From positions 3,128-67,127 of the forward strand of contig CAZPQJ010000007.1 in NCBI GenBank assembly GCA_964588955.1: a stretch of 64,000 nt of DNA, read 5' to 3'. Under the pieces are notes generated by a model. The model saw only the letters and a list, made by a program, of their open reading frames with translations. It had not been told where the DNA came from and did no database searches. Both the position numbers and the translations under genes were made by a program. Shown in pieces: positions 26,101-35,783 of this stretch (position 1 is its first letter; each line of letters starts with the position of its first letter). This DNA is from an uncultured Gammaproteobacteria bacterium (GTDB lineage: Bacteria > Patescibacteriota > Patescibacteriia > UBA9934 > CAMTUG01).

Positions 26101-28757
26101 GCGGACCAGCGGCGCTGTAACACAGACATCGATGACGAGTAACCCCTCTCATCTAATTGCTGTCTGAGTTCTTCACGTTGGGCAGACAAATCTTCCAAAT
26201 CATTTCCTAACAATCGAAGAGCCTGAGGGTCGTTACTCCCTTGTGCGCGCAAATCCTCATCCGGCATGCTCTCACTGTCTGCAGCCAGCAACAAAACTTC
26301 CAGTGGCGTCGTAAACGCTCCCCACTGACCAGGGTCGCCAATCTCCGCGGCGATGCGTTGTTCTACCTCTCGTAATTCTTCCAACCAACGATCCTCCTCA
26401 GCTTCCTCCTCGGCCATACTTCGCAAACCAGCCTTCTCCATGGTCGGCAGCGGCACAGCTCCTCCCGGCGTTGGAGTCATATCGACCCCTGGGGAGGTGT
26501 CGGGCATCGCAGCACCTTGAGCAATCAAATTATCAACCGTTGCAGATGCAACCGACCGCCCTTTTTCGGCCAGTGCCTGAATTTCTTTTACTAATGCCTG
26601 ATCAGATTCCAAATCTGGAAAGGCCTCCAGCAACGGCTCTATTTCTCCAGCCAAATCAATAAAACGCTGATTGATTTCCGCCCGCTCTTCGTCTGTATCT
26701 GCCAGGGCCAATGCGTTCGACAACGCGTCCCATCGCTCCACCAAAGGTTGATAGAAACCCGCGGCTTCGTGTTCCGCCGTCTGAGCTACAGCAGCCATAG
26801 AGGCATCAACAGCGGCATCGACGGGGGTGGAATCTATTGTCGCTGATCCTGTCACCGCCTCTACGACTGCACGCTTGGCTTCCATATACGGAGCCATGGC
26901 TCGCGTGAAAAGATCTTTAAATAGCTCCTGCTGCTTTTTCTTTTTTACCACTCCGTCTGGAATCGTAATCACACCCGTGACTTTGTACTCATTTATCGCC
27001 GCGATTAACTGCTGTTCTCGTGTCAGATCACCTTTCTTCGCTTTTTTCCAAATTCCAGACGAAGAAGGAGCCAAATTCTCCAGCACTGCAATTGTGGCTG
27101 CCCGTTCCGTTTCCCTAAATGCATCTACTTTTTGAATCGAGGCATCGATCAAAGCCTCACGAGCAGATCGTCTCATTCCTACCGAATCCTCAAGCGCTTT
27201 TGAGGGCAAGTGATAGGTGCGTTTCGAAGCCGACGTTGCCGCTGCAGCAACATCTGCTTGACGTTGTGCTTCTTCCGCTTCCGCCTGTTCTTTTGCCTCC
27301 ACGATACTTTCAACCAATTGGGCAAACGCTCGCACGTCGTCTCCTTCAAACTCCGGCTCCCGTACAGTTTGCAACGCCTCCTGACGAATCGCCTCGGCTT
27401 CTGCCGACGTACCCGCGGCTTCAATCCGTTCCGTAAAGGTACTAATAGTTTGTTGTTGCTCTACTTTTTTTGCCTCGGCTGCCTCCTGCTGTTTTGCTTC
27501 TACAATCGGCTGGACGCGAGCACTAAAATCCGCGGTTCCTTTTGCGCTATAGGCTGGTGGAACCATCACCTTAGCTGCCTCTGAAATGAGATCCCAAACC
27601 TCATCGAGCGTTCCCGCCTGTTCGATGCGTTGAAAAAACTCATCCGCCACCCGCTGGTGCTCCAGGCGATCCGCTTCCTTTTGCGCTTCACGCGCGTCCT
27701 TGTCTGCTTTCCATTTTGCCTCGAACTCACCTTGAACAATCCCTTTCTCTACCTCTTTTTCTAACAAATCATCGTGCACAACGTCTAACAACACCTCTGG
27801 AGTCGTTGTTAACGCTTCTGCCTTTTTCTTGAATGCCTCACGTGCGGCATCTTTTGCATCACCATCTTCCATCTTTTGCCACGCCTGCATGTCACGCACG
27901 ATCTCCGCGACACTGGTCTCAATAGCCTGTCGATTCTTTATCCAATCATCTTTTGATTGAGCCTTAATAAACCCCGGGTATCCCTCTTTTTTAGCGAACA
28001 CCTCAACAGAGTCCCGTTGCTGTTGCGTCAAGTCATCGAGTAAATCTCTCAACAACGCTTGCTCAGTCTGCCTCACCCCTTTTGTCTTGCCAAAACGCAT
28101 TTCTCTCGGCTTGCGTTCCAACTGACGCAGACTCACATCTAACGCGTCTTGCTGATCGGCGAATGCAGCAAACTTGACCACATCATCCGTACGATTAGCA
28201 AAAAAGGGGTATTGCGACGGATCAAGTCCGCTGCGCTTGGCTTTTAACCACAGTTGCAACATCTCGCGTCCGTGCTGCGTTGCCTTAAACATTTTGTCTG
28301 CTTTACGCTGTTCACCGACCGCAACATCTAATTCACGTCGTTTGAGAAAAAACGGATCGTCTTTCTGATCTGCCCCCTTGGTCGTATCAGCAGAAGCATC
28401 ACCGATTTTCGTATCAGGTTGGACATCAGGATTCGATTTTGACCTACCGTCTTGCGACCCGGCCCCCGCGCGACCGAGGATGCGATCTAATTCTTCCGCG
28501 ACCTTATTCGCCGTCTTTAGTCCATCTGCTTTAAAACCTTTATTAAACGCTTGTATATCACCCGATGCAATAAACTCATCTATGTGTTTGTGGCGTTTTA
28601 TTTCTGTATTTAAATCAGCACTCCATTTTTTTACAAAAAGAGGATTCAACAATTTCTTCCAGGCATTTTCTAGGTCCTCGGCACGCTTCTCTTCTTGCTT
28701 TTTTGCTGCTTCCACATTTGCAGCCGCTTCCGCAAAGGCGTTTTCTTCCTCGACCAT
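23124..28757 (-). CDS. Giant (1877 aa) coiled-coil protein, function unknown
   Basis: One uninterrupted ORF rich in E/A/K/Q/R/L throughout. No catalytic motif was recognised. Confidence 0.7.
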   Translation of the reverse strand: MVEEENAFAEAAANVEAAKKQEEKRAEDLENAWKKLLNPLFVKKWSADLNTEIKRHKHIDEFIASGDIQAFNKGFKADGLKTANKVAEELDRILGRAGAGSQDGRSKSNPDVQPDTKIGDASADTTKGADQKDDPFFLKRRELDVAVGEQRKADKMFKATQHGREMLQLWLKAKRSGLDPSQYPFFANRTDDVVKFAAFADQQDALDVSLRQLERKPREMRFGKTKGVRQTEQALLRDLLDDLTQQQRDSVEVFAKKEGYPGFIKAQSKDDWIKNRQAIETSVAEIVRDMQAWQKMEDGDAKDAAREAFKKKAEALTTTPEVLLDVVHDDLLEKEVEKGIVQGEFEAKWKADKDAREAQKEADRLEHQRVADEFFQRIEQAGTLDEVWDLISEAAKVMVPPAYSAKGTADFSARVQPIVEAKQQEAAEAKKVEQQQTISTFTERIEAAGTSAEAEAIRQEALQTVREPEFEGDDVRAFAQLVESIVEAKEQAEAEEAQRQADVAAAATSASKRTYHLPSKALEDSVGMRRSAREALIDASIQKVDAFRETERAATIAVLENLAPSSSGIWKKAKKGDLTREQQLIAAINEYKVTGVITIPDGVVKKKKQQELFKDLFTRAMAPYMEAKRAVVEAVTGSATIDSTPVDAAVDASMAAVAQTAEHEAAGFYQPLVERWDALSNALALADTDEERAEINQRFIDLAGEIEPLLEAFPDLESDQALVKEIQALAEKGRSVASATVDNLIAQGAAMPDTSPGVDMTPTPGGAVPLPTMEKAGLRSMAEEEAEEDRWLEELREVEQRIAAEIGDPGQWGAFTTPLEVLLLAADSESMPDEDLRAQGSNDPQALRLLGNDLEDLSAQREELRQQLDERGYSSSMSVLQRRWSATSAEIDPKSGEYRAAEMAFRDQIEALAGDPTIWKNSVSMDERRRVIGELLADPRANDRMTAQLVMMVQNSRDGLLGERVQALRGLQKNLEARRDQLISPDEHTEAGILPAADRNRPVENTLTSAEAQRWTERQNALLLLEERIANLPDARFNAFDSMDRRLIVDQYRRQLAGDQPDVAYLQAAFRVDRLEDCFSDFPAFVEQYKDTLAPLYDQIDVLDRPAPAPRRFVYAENAQPVGDQKRPAGIFARLRNWLRPEADRKTIPSAPTPELGATYGRRPMKSRLAGTEVPARDLEKLLEVTAQRTDIWDTKKLKQPDRFIYFQELVDGLMTVEQLKKRRLLVPGGEVYLQQAVAEGKAFAAAMQKQPEVVSPVPVEEEPKPETPESVAFGKLETAYDQAVDDFNAAVQAGDDAVANRQRVLIVGLANQMSQQLLHSPTLRETLGPEKEAWVAEQMHQTAHIKIKPKVTGGNINKSMERRFEDPSAKAGEPVEVEVETEVKDAGTDKKADAPAYEGSFSDLVRDTMGEEAGKEAAALTTESKGFIADLYESIERRFSSPIDRLSVWNDQRLINRVEGKIKDLDKQKEKKALEVDATKVGAARVRKNVENLKEEYAKINVTLGLEGAAAHGISAADQAGFDKQIKDFEEAGERLQEEWNALEGKRGNLLQQKEDFERRANEARDRMVARLEEKKAANEQALKILKEQQRKVAESKEKNQDRLDAVDGHLNGLEQRLKAFKEAKMGGVKTIKTSMDQLAAHKKELEGKVAQEKSVIARLNQEVATLTDSNTALDKQSDEIKRGKAAEPAAVPKPEVAPRPNRISRDAENRWVIDLGAQEKLVIDPDTNQRNYVDKDGNETKVDLSTVTADQMKDWGMRPDIAANLGFSNDQVDALVKSQQDDVDEEEQKSGAVERGKSRVKSMVEKWNDSVGKDSPEYITDQVLRKGYERVSGDLSGRDSQTDFFESLLADKVGGGKKQAVGKSLMKKFLKFLLG

Positions 28758-28829
28758 AAAGGTATAGCTATGAACACTCAGCGTTTAAGGCAATGTTCGA
28801 GGCAATCATATCACGCACCGGCAACTTCC

Positions 28830-30044
28830 TCAATCTTTTTTCTTACTAATGCCTCCAAAAAGTTCCGTCAGGCGAGCGACGTACTTTTCCATCGCCAAGT
28901 CGGCGACGGTGGCGCGGATGGCGTCTGCAGTGGCAAAAAGATGATCTTTCTCCGCGTCAATGGTAGAGAGAGTAGAAAGCAAATCATTCTTGTCACCCGC
29001 CGCGAATAAAAAGCCATTCTCTCCTTCGCGAATCAATTCCGCCACTCCGCCAATATCTGCCGCTACTACAGGCAAACCAGACTGCAAAGCTTCATAAATC
29101 ACCGTTGGTGAGTTTTCATAGCACAATGAAGGCACGACTAAGGCATCGGAGATTTGAAAGAGCTTAACCAACTGATCCATCGCCAAAAAACCTACGTAGT
29201 TAAAACGACGATCTTGCTTAGCTGTCGATTGAATAAAGGCAGACAACGAACCCTCCCCGGCGATCGTGAGCTCGAACGGCACATGTGAAGCTTTGAGACT
29301 TTCGATCAAAAAACGGATACCCTTATGCTCTTCCAGCTGGCCAACAAACAACAAACGCATTGACCCCGTTGAACGAACAAGGCGCGGCAAATAGCGCGTA
29401 TGCGGAGCAGGATTCATCATCACCCGCACGTCGCTCTTTGGGAAAAAGCGTCGTGCTTGATAAAACTCTTGCAAGAATCGTGATGGCGAAAGTACCACCG
29501 TTGGCGAGCCCATCAACCAACGACAAATCCGGGTATACACCCCGCGCGCGAAACGAATACAACATCGCGACCGCTCACTGCCGGCAATAATCAGTCCACT
29601 GGGAACAGAAAGCTGCACGTCATGAACATGGTGCACGTGCGGCAATCCACACGAACGAATCGCTCGCGGAATCATCAGTCCAATCCCCTTCAAATTATTA
29701 GTCCACACAACATCGGGTTGAATTTCTTTCAACAAGCGTCGAACAACGATCGCATTGAAAGGATTGAACATGTCAATAATGTGCCACAGCAAACGCAAAG
29801 GCGCCGGATGTTTGTAATCGCGCAACGAGTGATAGAAATTAAGAGGATAGTAACGATAAATGCGCTCATTGGACTTTTCTTCTAGCCGTGGCACGAGCGT
29901 TTTCGTACCGCCATACGGACGCGTGGTGATCACGTGGATTTTGTGTCCGGACGCCAATAATTCCGTGACAATCCGGGTGAGAACAATTTCCGCGCCGCCG
30001 CGAAGATACGGTGGATATAAGTTAGTGATGATGACAATCTTCAT
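28830..30044 (-). CDS. Glycosyltransferase family 4 (GT-B, group 1)
   Basis: The C-domain reads FVGQLEEHKGIRFLI and then E..P.V..EA...G.PVVAADIGG....I.EGENGFLF. This is the EX7E region. Confidence 0.8.
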   Translation of the reverse strand: MKIVIITNLYPPYLRGGAEIVLTRIVTELLASGHKIHVITTRPYGGTKTLVPRLEEKSNERIYRYYPLNFYHSLRDYKHPAPLRLLWHIIDMFNPFNAIVVRRLLKEIQPDVVWTNNLKGIGLMIPRAIRSCGLPHVHHVHDVQLSVPSGLIIAGSERSRCCIRFARGVYTRICRWLMGSPTVVLSPSRFLQEFYQARRFFPKSDVRVMMNPAPHTRYLPRLVRSTGSMRLLFVGQLEEHKGIRFLIESLKASHVPFELTIAGEGSLSAFIQSTAKQDRRFNYVGFLAMDQLVKLFQISDALVVPSLCYENSPTVIYEALQSGLPVVAADIGGVAELIREGENGFLFAAGDKNDLLSTLSTIDAEKDHLFATADAIRATVADLAMEKYVARLTELFGGISKKKD

Positions 30045-31092
30045 ATACGGTGATTAATCGCTCCAGTAGTCGATCCCAGTCGTACTCCTCTACCACCCGC
30101 TTGCGCGCGTTAGCTCCCAGTTTCCCACAAAAGACCTCGTCATTCAACAACTGGTCGATGGCGCGGGTAAGCGCGGAAGCGTCGCCAGGTGGCACCAACA
30201 ATCCTGTCTGCCCATCTTTAACCACCGTGCGCACGCCGGGCAAATCCGAAGCGATGGTGGGAATACCGCTCGCCGCCGCTTCCAATGCCACCAACCCAAA
30301 TGCCTCAGCCGATGATGTTGAAGGAAAAAGATGCATCGTCGCCAAACGATAACATGTCGGCAGCTCTTCCGGTGAACGGCTACCAACAAAATGCACACGG
30401 TCAGAGGAGACAGATGCTTCAAAACCCGCTCGCAAATCTCCATCGCCGATAATCACTAGATGGGCGGAGAAAGAAGGAGAAAGAAGGAGAAACGATTGAA
30501 GAAGAGTAGGAACACCTTTAAAGGCATGAGCAGTATCAAGCCCGCCGACAAACACCAACACCGGAGCGTTCGCCGGGATCGCGAGTTGCGTTCGCAACAT
30601 GGCTTCTTCTCCCGTGGCCACGGGATGAAAACGACGAATATCTACACCGAACGGCAGTTCAACAAGACGCGCCAAACGACGGAAACGGCGCAACGCCGAA
30701 GCCGCGGCATAATCCAACGAACTGACCAAAATCTTTTTTGCCCGCAAAAGAATGAGCGGTTGAATCAAGGTGCGATGCAAGCGAAACACCAATCCTTTGA
30801 TTCCCCTTGCCCGCGCGTCCATGTGATAGGTCAGGACAATGGGTCGACGGCAAAAAAGCGCGACCTGTTCCGCTCCGCCATACAAGGGATAGTGCAAATG
30901 CACCACGTCAAACGCGTTCAAACGCCGCAATTGCTGCGGCGAAAAAAATCCGGCATTGCCAATCTTCCAGGCGGGCGTGAACACCTCCACCTCGTGCCCC
31001 AAGGCGCGTAAGCGTTCCGTATACTCGTAGGCGACCGAGCCCATCCCCCCGCGATACGGAGGATAAACCGGCGTGACCTGGGCAATCTTCAT
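30022..31092 (-). CDS. Glycosyltransferase family 4
   Basis: The N-terminus reads MKIAQVTPVYPPYRGGMG. The C-domain reads SSAEAFGLVALEAAASGIPTIASDLPGVRTVVKDGQTGLLV. The start was chosen at the MKIAQ Met. Confidence 0.8.
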   Translation of the reverse strand: MKIAQVTPVYPPYRGGMGSVAYEYTERLRALGHEVEVFTPAWKIGNAGFFSPQQLRRLNAFDVVHLHYPLYGGAEQVALFCRRPIVLTYHMDARARGIKGLVFRLHRTLIQPLILLRAKKILVSSLDYAAASALRRFRRLARLVELPFGVDIRRFHPVATGEEAMLRTQLAIPANAPVLVFVGGLDTAHAFKGVPTLLQSFLLLSPSFSAHLVIIGDGDLRAGFEASVSSDRVHFVGSRSPEELPTCYRLATMHLFPSTSSAEAFGLVALEAAASGIPTIASDLPGVRTVVKDGQTGLLVPPGDASALTRAIDQLLNDEVFCGKLGANARKRVVEEYDWDRLLERLITVYEDCHHH

Positions 31093-31096
31093 ACAA

Positions 31097-31435
31097 TTAT
31101 TTTTTCTCCGGCTCTTGCGCGCGATCAATCGCGATCTTGCGAACAAGTTCCGTCAACTCTTTGTGATGCTGGTCTTGCCGCGCGGCCAAACGAAAAATCG
31201 TATAAAACAACACCGGCAAAGAAATGTACACCATCAAATCCGCGCCGCGTCCCACCCCAACAAGCTGGGCAATGACGTCTGTTGTCTGTGGACTAAAGGC
31301 CACTAAAATAACCAGCGCCCAAAACACCATCCACAAAAGAAACCAGCCCGCGGCAACTTTTTGCGCGCGGTATTGTTTATAAATACGCACGATCACGATC
31401 ACGGCAAAGGCGATTAAAAAAAGCTTGAAGAGCAT
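31097..31435 (-). CDS. DUF2304-family small membrane protein (GT2-associated)
   Basis: 112-aa ORF with 3 TM helices and a Q/H/E-rich C-terminus. It sits next to a Dpm1-like GT2 gene, as is typical for the family. Confidence 0.55.
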   Translation of the reverse strand: MLFKLFLIAFAVIVIVRIYKQYRAQKVAAGWFLLWMVFWALVILVAFSPQTTDVIAQLVGVGRGADLMVYISLPVLFYTIFRLAARQDQHHKELTELVRKIAIDRAQEPEKK

Positions 31436-31440
31436 AGGTA

Positions 31441-32127
31441 TTAACGCAAAAATTTACCTTTCATAAAGTCATAGGCCACGCGAAAGGCCGCCGAAGTACT
31501 TTGACCTTGGGCGCGACTTTTGGCCAAAGTCTCCTGGGTATAACGAATAGTTACCGGTACCTCCTGATACCGCAACTTTTGAATAGCAATTTGATCGGGA
31601 ATTTCGGAGGCGTGAGCCATGCGATCAAGGGTAATGCGCACGCGCTCGGCAGCGGAGCGCGAGAAGGCGCGAAAGCCGCAATGCGTGTCCGTCAACCATA
31701 AGCCGGAGAACAAAAACGTAAACGCGGGAATCATGGCGTGCATCAACCGTCGGGCAAGCGGAATATTTTGTACCTCTCCTAAATAGCGCGAACCGAGGGT
31801 TACGTCTACCTTACCCGTGGCGATTGGTGTGATGATTGGTAAAATATCCGATCCTTGCATTTGGCCGTCGGCGTCAAAGTGAACAATAATATCAGCGGCG
31901 AGCTGGCGTAAAGCAAAATCGGTTCCGGTTTGCAAGGCTGCCCCTTGGCCGCGATTTACGACATGGGTTAGCACGTACGCCCCCGCTTGGCGTGCCTTCG
32001 CTCCCGTCGCATCGCGCGAACAATCGTCCACCACCACTACGGCGGAAACAAAGAGAGCGGCATCGCGAACCGAATCCGCAATCCGCTCCCCCTCATTGTA
32101 CGCGGGAATCACAGCCACTACCTTCAC
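31441..32127 (-). CDS. Glycosyltransferase family 2 (dolichyl-phosphate-mannose-synthase-like)
   Basis: VIPAYNEGERI is followed by a DD motif (VVVDDCSRD) and then DADGQ (DxD). Confidence 0.8.
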   Translation of the reverse strand: MKVVAVIPAYNEGERIADSVRDAALFVSAVVVVDDCSRDATGAKARQAGAYVLTHVVNRGQGAALQTGTDFALRQLAADIIVHFDADGQMQGSDILPIITPIATGKVDVTLGSRYLGEVQNIPLARRLMHAMIPAFTFLFSGLWLTDTHCGFRAFSRSAAERVRITLDRMAHASEIPDQIAIQKLRYQEVPVTIRYTQETLAKSRAQGQSTSAAFRVAYDFMKGKFLR

Positions 32128-33140
32128 AGAGTCGTGAGTAAAATTTTATTAGCTTTGACGTATTCAATCGTTTTGCGCAAGCCATCTTCTAAGCGCACGA
32201 GCGGCAGCCAACCGAGCGCTTCGCGAGCGCGAGAAATGTTAGGAAGCCCGAGCGAGGTTAGAAAAAGCAACGCGGGTTCAAACGTAACCTGCGAGGTGGA
32301 GCCCACCATTGTCACAATCTGCCGAGCGACATCGGCAATCTTCACATCCACGTCGTTACCAATATTCACCACGCGCGTTTCCGGACCACTCCCCATTAAA
32401 CGCGTGAGACCGTCTACGCAATCACTCACGTACAACAACGAAGTAGAAAATTGTTCGTCGCCGTACACCACCAAATCTTTCTGATCAATGGCGTTTAAGA
32501 CAAAATCAGGAATCAAGTGACCGTCAAACAGTGGCATCCGCGGTCCGTAGACGCGGAAGATGCGAGCAATTTTCGTTTCAATGCCGTGCACTTGCGCGTA
32601 GGTTTCGAACATCGTTTCTGAAAAACGACGTCCTTCATCGTAACAAGCGCGCGGCGAAAGCTGATCAACCACGCCATTCATCTCTTCGGTAAACACCGTT
32701 CGTTCGGCACTGCGAGATCCGTACACAACCGCACTAGAGGCAAGAAGAATCTTGGCGCGATATTTTACCGCCAAATCCAGCACGGTTCGATTACCAACAC
32801 TGCTAGAAAGCAGTGTTTGCATTTTAAATTGATCGAACTTTTTGATGGATGTTGGGCAGGCTAAATGATAGATCTCTTGAATCCCTTGAAATTTGATTTG
32901 AAAATGAGCCAATTCCGGAAACGATTCCAAATGAATCGGTTCATTAACATCGAGACGCAAAAATTGAAAATCGGGACTCTGAAGCAATCCATTAATGTTC
33001 TGTTCATGCGAGGTGGCAAAGTTGTCGACGCAGATCACTCGATGGCCTTCACTTAACAAGCGCTCACACAAATGCGAGCCAATAAATCCGGCGCCGCCGG
33101 TTACCAAAATATTTTTTTTGCCTGATTCCAAGGTCGACAT
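32124..33140 (-). CDS. NAD-dependent epimerase/dehydratase, UDP-glucuronate decarboxylase (UXS)-like
   Basis: NILVTGGAGFIGSHLCERLL is a Rossmann GxxGxxG motif. YxxxK is present, and the length matches the UXS/ArnA-type SDR-e family. Confidence 0.7.
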   Translation of the reverse strand: MSTLESGKKNILVTGGAGFIGSHLCERLLSEGHRVICVDNFATSHEQNINGLLQSPDFQFLRLDVNEPIHLESFPELAHFQIKFQGIQEIYHLACPTSIKKFDQFKMQTLLSSSVGNRTVLDLAVKYRAKILLASSAVVYGSRSAERTVFTEEMNGVVDQLSPRACYDEGRRFSETMFETYAQVHGIETKIARIFRVYGPRMPLFDGHLIPDFVLNAIDQKDLVVYGDEQFSTSLLYVSDCVDGLTRLMGSGPETRVVNIGNDVDVKIADVARQIVTMVGSTSQVTFEPALLFLTSLGLPNISRAREALGWLPLVRLEDGLRKTIEYVKANKILLTTL

Positions 33141-33180
33141 ACGTGAAGTAGTTTAGCGCAAAAGAACGAACTTGTCATGC

Positions 33181-33420
33181 TCGGACTCCCCTCCCACGTC
33201 CGAGCCAGACGTTGTCCTTGAGCAGAAGGCCTAAAGGAACAACCCAACGGTTCGAGCTCAGAACAGCAGAGATCTACACGTTCAGTTATTATTTGTTGTG
33301 TTCGTTTGACTTTCCGTCCGTCGCTCGAACCGTTGGTCGGCTGTTCTGCTCTTCGGAGCAACGTCTGTCCCGTCCGTGTCCGGGTCGCCCGAGCAATAGG
33401 CGACCCGAAGCGGACGGGGC
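33181..33420. repeat. Element A, copy 2 (inverted relative to copy 1)
   Basis: Its reverse complement matches 15638..15838 over the TIRs and both internal arms. It also contains gggtcgcccgagcaataggcgaccc, a hairpin. Confidence 0.75.
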
Positions 33421-33599
33421 GGAATGGGTTTGGTCAGATCACGCCGACCGAGATGTTCGAGCGGCAGGAGAAGATCTGTACAACACAGAACAATTTAATC
33501 TAATCTTTCAAACACCCCTATGCTGAGCAAGAACATCGAGGTTGTTTCTCTTGTAGGCCTGATCTGACCAACACAGACCGACCCGGGAGCGAGGGGCGC

Positions 33600-34775
33600 C
33601 TATTGCGTCAGCGTCAGCGTCGGTGTCGGGGTGGGTGTCGGGGTGGGTGTCGCAGCTAGCATCTGTTGCTCCGCCCAAGCAACTTCAAGCTCACGACCCA
33701 TAATGAGCGCTCGCTCGGCGTTCAAGCGCCCGGCGCCCATTTGTCCAGCGTATTTTGTTCCACGCACGTTCAGCGGATCAACAGAAAGTTTGATCACTGT
33801 TTGAATTTGTTCCACGGTTAATTCAGGAAAACCCCCTTTAATAAGCGCGGCCACAGCCGTCACCTGCGGGGCGGCAACCGAAGTGCCTTCGTACGGTCCG
33901 TTATAGGCCTCGCCAAACGTAGGATCTTTAGGGCGGTATTCCACCGAACTGTAAACCCCTGTTCCCGGCGCCGTTACATCAGTGCAATCAGAACCGTAGT
34001 TAGAAAAATCCGCTTTAGCATCGTCTTCATCACTCGCAGCCACGCCCAACACCCAATCTTCCAAAGGTGTCCCCATACACACCGGATAAATCGGCGTGTC
34101 ATTCATGTCGACTCCCCCACCGTCTTCATTGCCAACCGCGGCCACAATCACCACCCCTTGGCGATAGGCGTCGCGAATCGCCCGCTCAAAATTCGCATCA
34201 AAGGTGTAACTGGCAAAGCTCATGTTAATAACATTCGCGCCTTGTTCCACGGCATAACGCACGCCAGAAGCTGCGTCGCGTTCGTTGCCAGCCCCCAAAC
34301 CATCCAGCACCCGCACCGGCATAATCTGCGCGCGCCAGTTGATCCCAGCTATTCCTTGACTATTATTGGTTTCCGCGGCGATGATTCCAGAAACAGCCGT
34401 GCCATGATTGATGGCGTCTACATACAATCCGTGGTCGTTATCTGGATGCGGGTCGTTATCGTTCCCCACAAAATCCCAACCATGAACGTCGTCGATAAAG
34501 CCATTGCCGTCGTTATCGATGCCGTCACCAGCGGTCTCGCCACTGTTGCTCCAAATCTTATTTTCTAAATCTGGATGATCAATATCCACGCCGCTGTCGA
34601 TTACCGCAATCACCACATCGCGATTACCAACCGTAATGTCCCACGCCGACTGCGCCGAAATTTGACGCAAGTACCATTGAGAATCTTTGGCCAAGGGATC
34701 ATTCGGCTCGCGCGCGTACGCTGGAGCGGCCGCAAGGCTACCAATAAGGGCGATGATCAAAAAAAACTTCTTCAC
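33600..34775 (-). CDS. Subtilisin-like serine protease (peptidase S8)
   Basis: The Asp, His and Ser catalytic motifs are present: VIDSGVDIDHPDL, HGTAVSGIIAA and GTSVAAPQVTAVAAL. A signal peptide and a C-terminal (TP)n tail are present. Confidence 0.85.
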   Translation of the reverse strand: MKKFFLIIALIGSLAAAPAYAREPNDPLAKDSQWYLRQISAQSAWDITVGNRDVVIAVIDSGVDIDHPDLENKIWSNSGETAGDGIDNDGNGFIDDVHGWDFVGNDNDPHPDNDHGLYVDAINHGTAVSGIIAAETNNSQGIAGINWRAQIMPVRVLDGLGAGNERDAASGVRYAVEQGANVINMSFASYTFDANFERAIRDAYRQGVVIVAAVGNEDGGGVDMNDTPIYPVCMGTPLEDWVLGVAASDEDDAKADFSNYGSDCTDVTAPGTGVYSSVEYRPKDPTFGEAYNGPYEGTSVAAPQVTAVAALIKGGFPELTVEQIQTVIKLSVDPLNVRGTKYAGQMGAGRLNAERALIMGRELEVAWAEQQMLAATPTPTPTPTPTLTLTQ

Positions 34776-35464
34776 AGCGCCATGGTTTTTCGCAACTCTT
34801 CTTTAATCTCCTCTGAATCCGGTGCCAACACCGCCGCTTGGCGATAAGCCGAAAGCGCTTGATCAATATCGCCTTGGGCCACGTATAGTCGCCCCAATTT
34901 CACGTAGAACGAAGAACTTTCTGGATTATCAATCAATGCTTGCTTCAAAAGGGGGATCAACTGATCCGCGCGATCATCCATGCGATAGCCTGTGTAGTAA
35001 CGATACAGCTTGTTGTAAGCAATTTCTGAAGGATCCTGTTCAATAGCTTTTTTATAATAATCTTCTGCTGCCATCGGGTCGCCCATATCGATCACAATGT
35101 CGCCCATATTATTCCAGGCGGTTTCGTTACCAGGATCCCCTGACGTTACTACAGTGTAATCAGCAAAGGCCAGCTGCAACTTGCCCAAACGTTGGTAGGC
35201 GTTGGCGCGCAAAAAGTACAAATCAAGAGCGTAAGCTCCTGCCGCTTCTTTGTCCGTAATCTGGGTGGTCAAATCCGCCACGGTTTGTTCAAACTCCGCT
35301 CGCTTATCGTCTGGCAAATTGACTTCGATTTCACTCAAGCGCTCCACCGGAGGCGGCGTTGGCACCGGCTCAGACGGCTTTAAGACAAAGAGATATGCTA
35401 CCGCCCCAGCAGCGAGAATCAACGACACGAACACGATTAACAGAGAAGGTTTGGATTGAGACAT
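34772..35464 (-). CDS. Tetratricopeptide-repeat protein with an N-terminal TM anchor
   Basis: TPR-like helices carry W/Y/A/P signatures (AYQRLGKLQLAFADY, AWNNMGDI, YYKKAIE). The start was chosen at MSQSK. The track N-terminus overlaps repeat element B. Confidence 0.65.
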   Translation of the reverse strand: MSQSKPSLLIVFVSLILAAGAVAYLFVLKPSEPVPTPPPVERLSEIEVNLPDDKRAEFEQTVADLTTQITDKEAAGAYALDLYFLRANAYQRLGKLQLAFADYTVVTSGDPGNETAWNNMGDIVIDMGDPMAAEDYYKKAIEQDPSEIAYNKLYRYYTGYRMDDRADQLIPLLKQALIDNPESSSFYVKLGRLYVAQGDIDQALSAYRQAAVLAPDSEEIKEELRKTMAL

Positions 35465-35494
35465 AGCAATAGTCTTTTTTATCGAGAATCTTTT

Positions 35495-35612
35495 TAAAAT
35501 TGATGGATTTTCGTTGAACGGGCTGTTGAGCTCGGGAGACGTATGGATATATACGTCGAGCGAGTCAACGGGCGCCCGTGAGACGAAAAGACGCAATTTT
35601 AAAGAGATTCTA
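35495..35612. repeat. Copy 3 of element B
   Basis: It begins aaaattgatggattttcgttgaacggg. Its central hairpin reads acgtatggatatatacgt. Its 3' block reads gagacgaaaagacgcaattttaaagagattc. Confidence 0.55.
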
Positions 35613-35783
35613 GTATAGCAAAACCAAACACCTCCTGCCAATGGCAGGAGGTGTGAGGTAGGCGCAGTGACGACCCGCCCGAAGGCAAGATGGTGTACGC
35701 CAAGGTTTGTGCTGCCTGTGGACCAGAGCACCCGAGAGCGCGCCGGAGACAGAACAGCGATTCAGGATCCGGTACTCGTTTAA

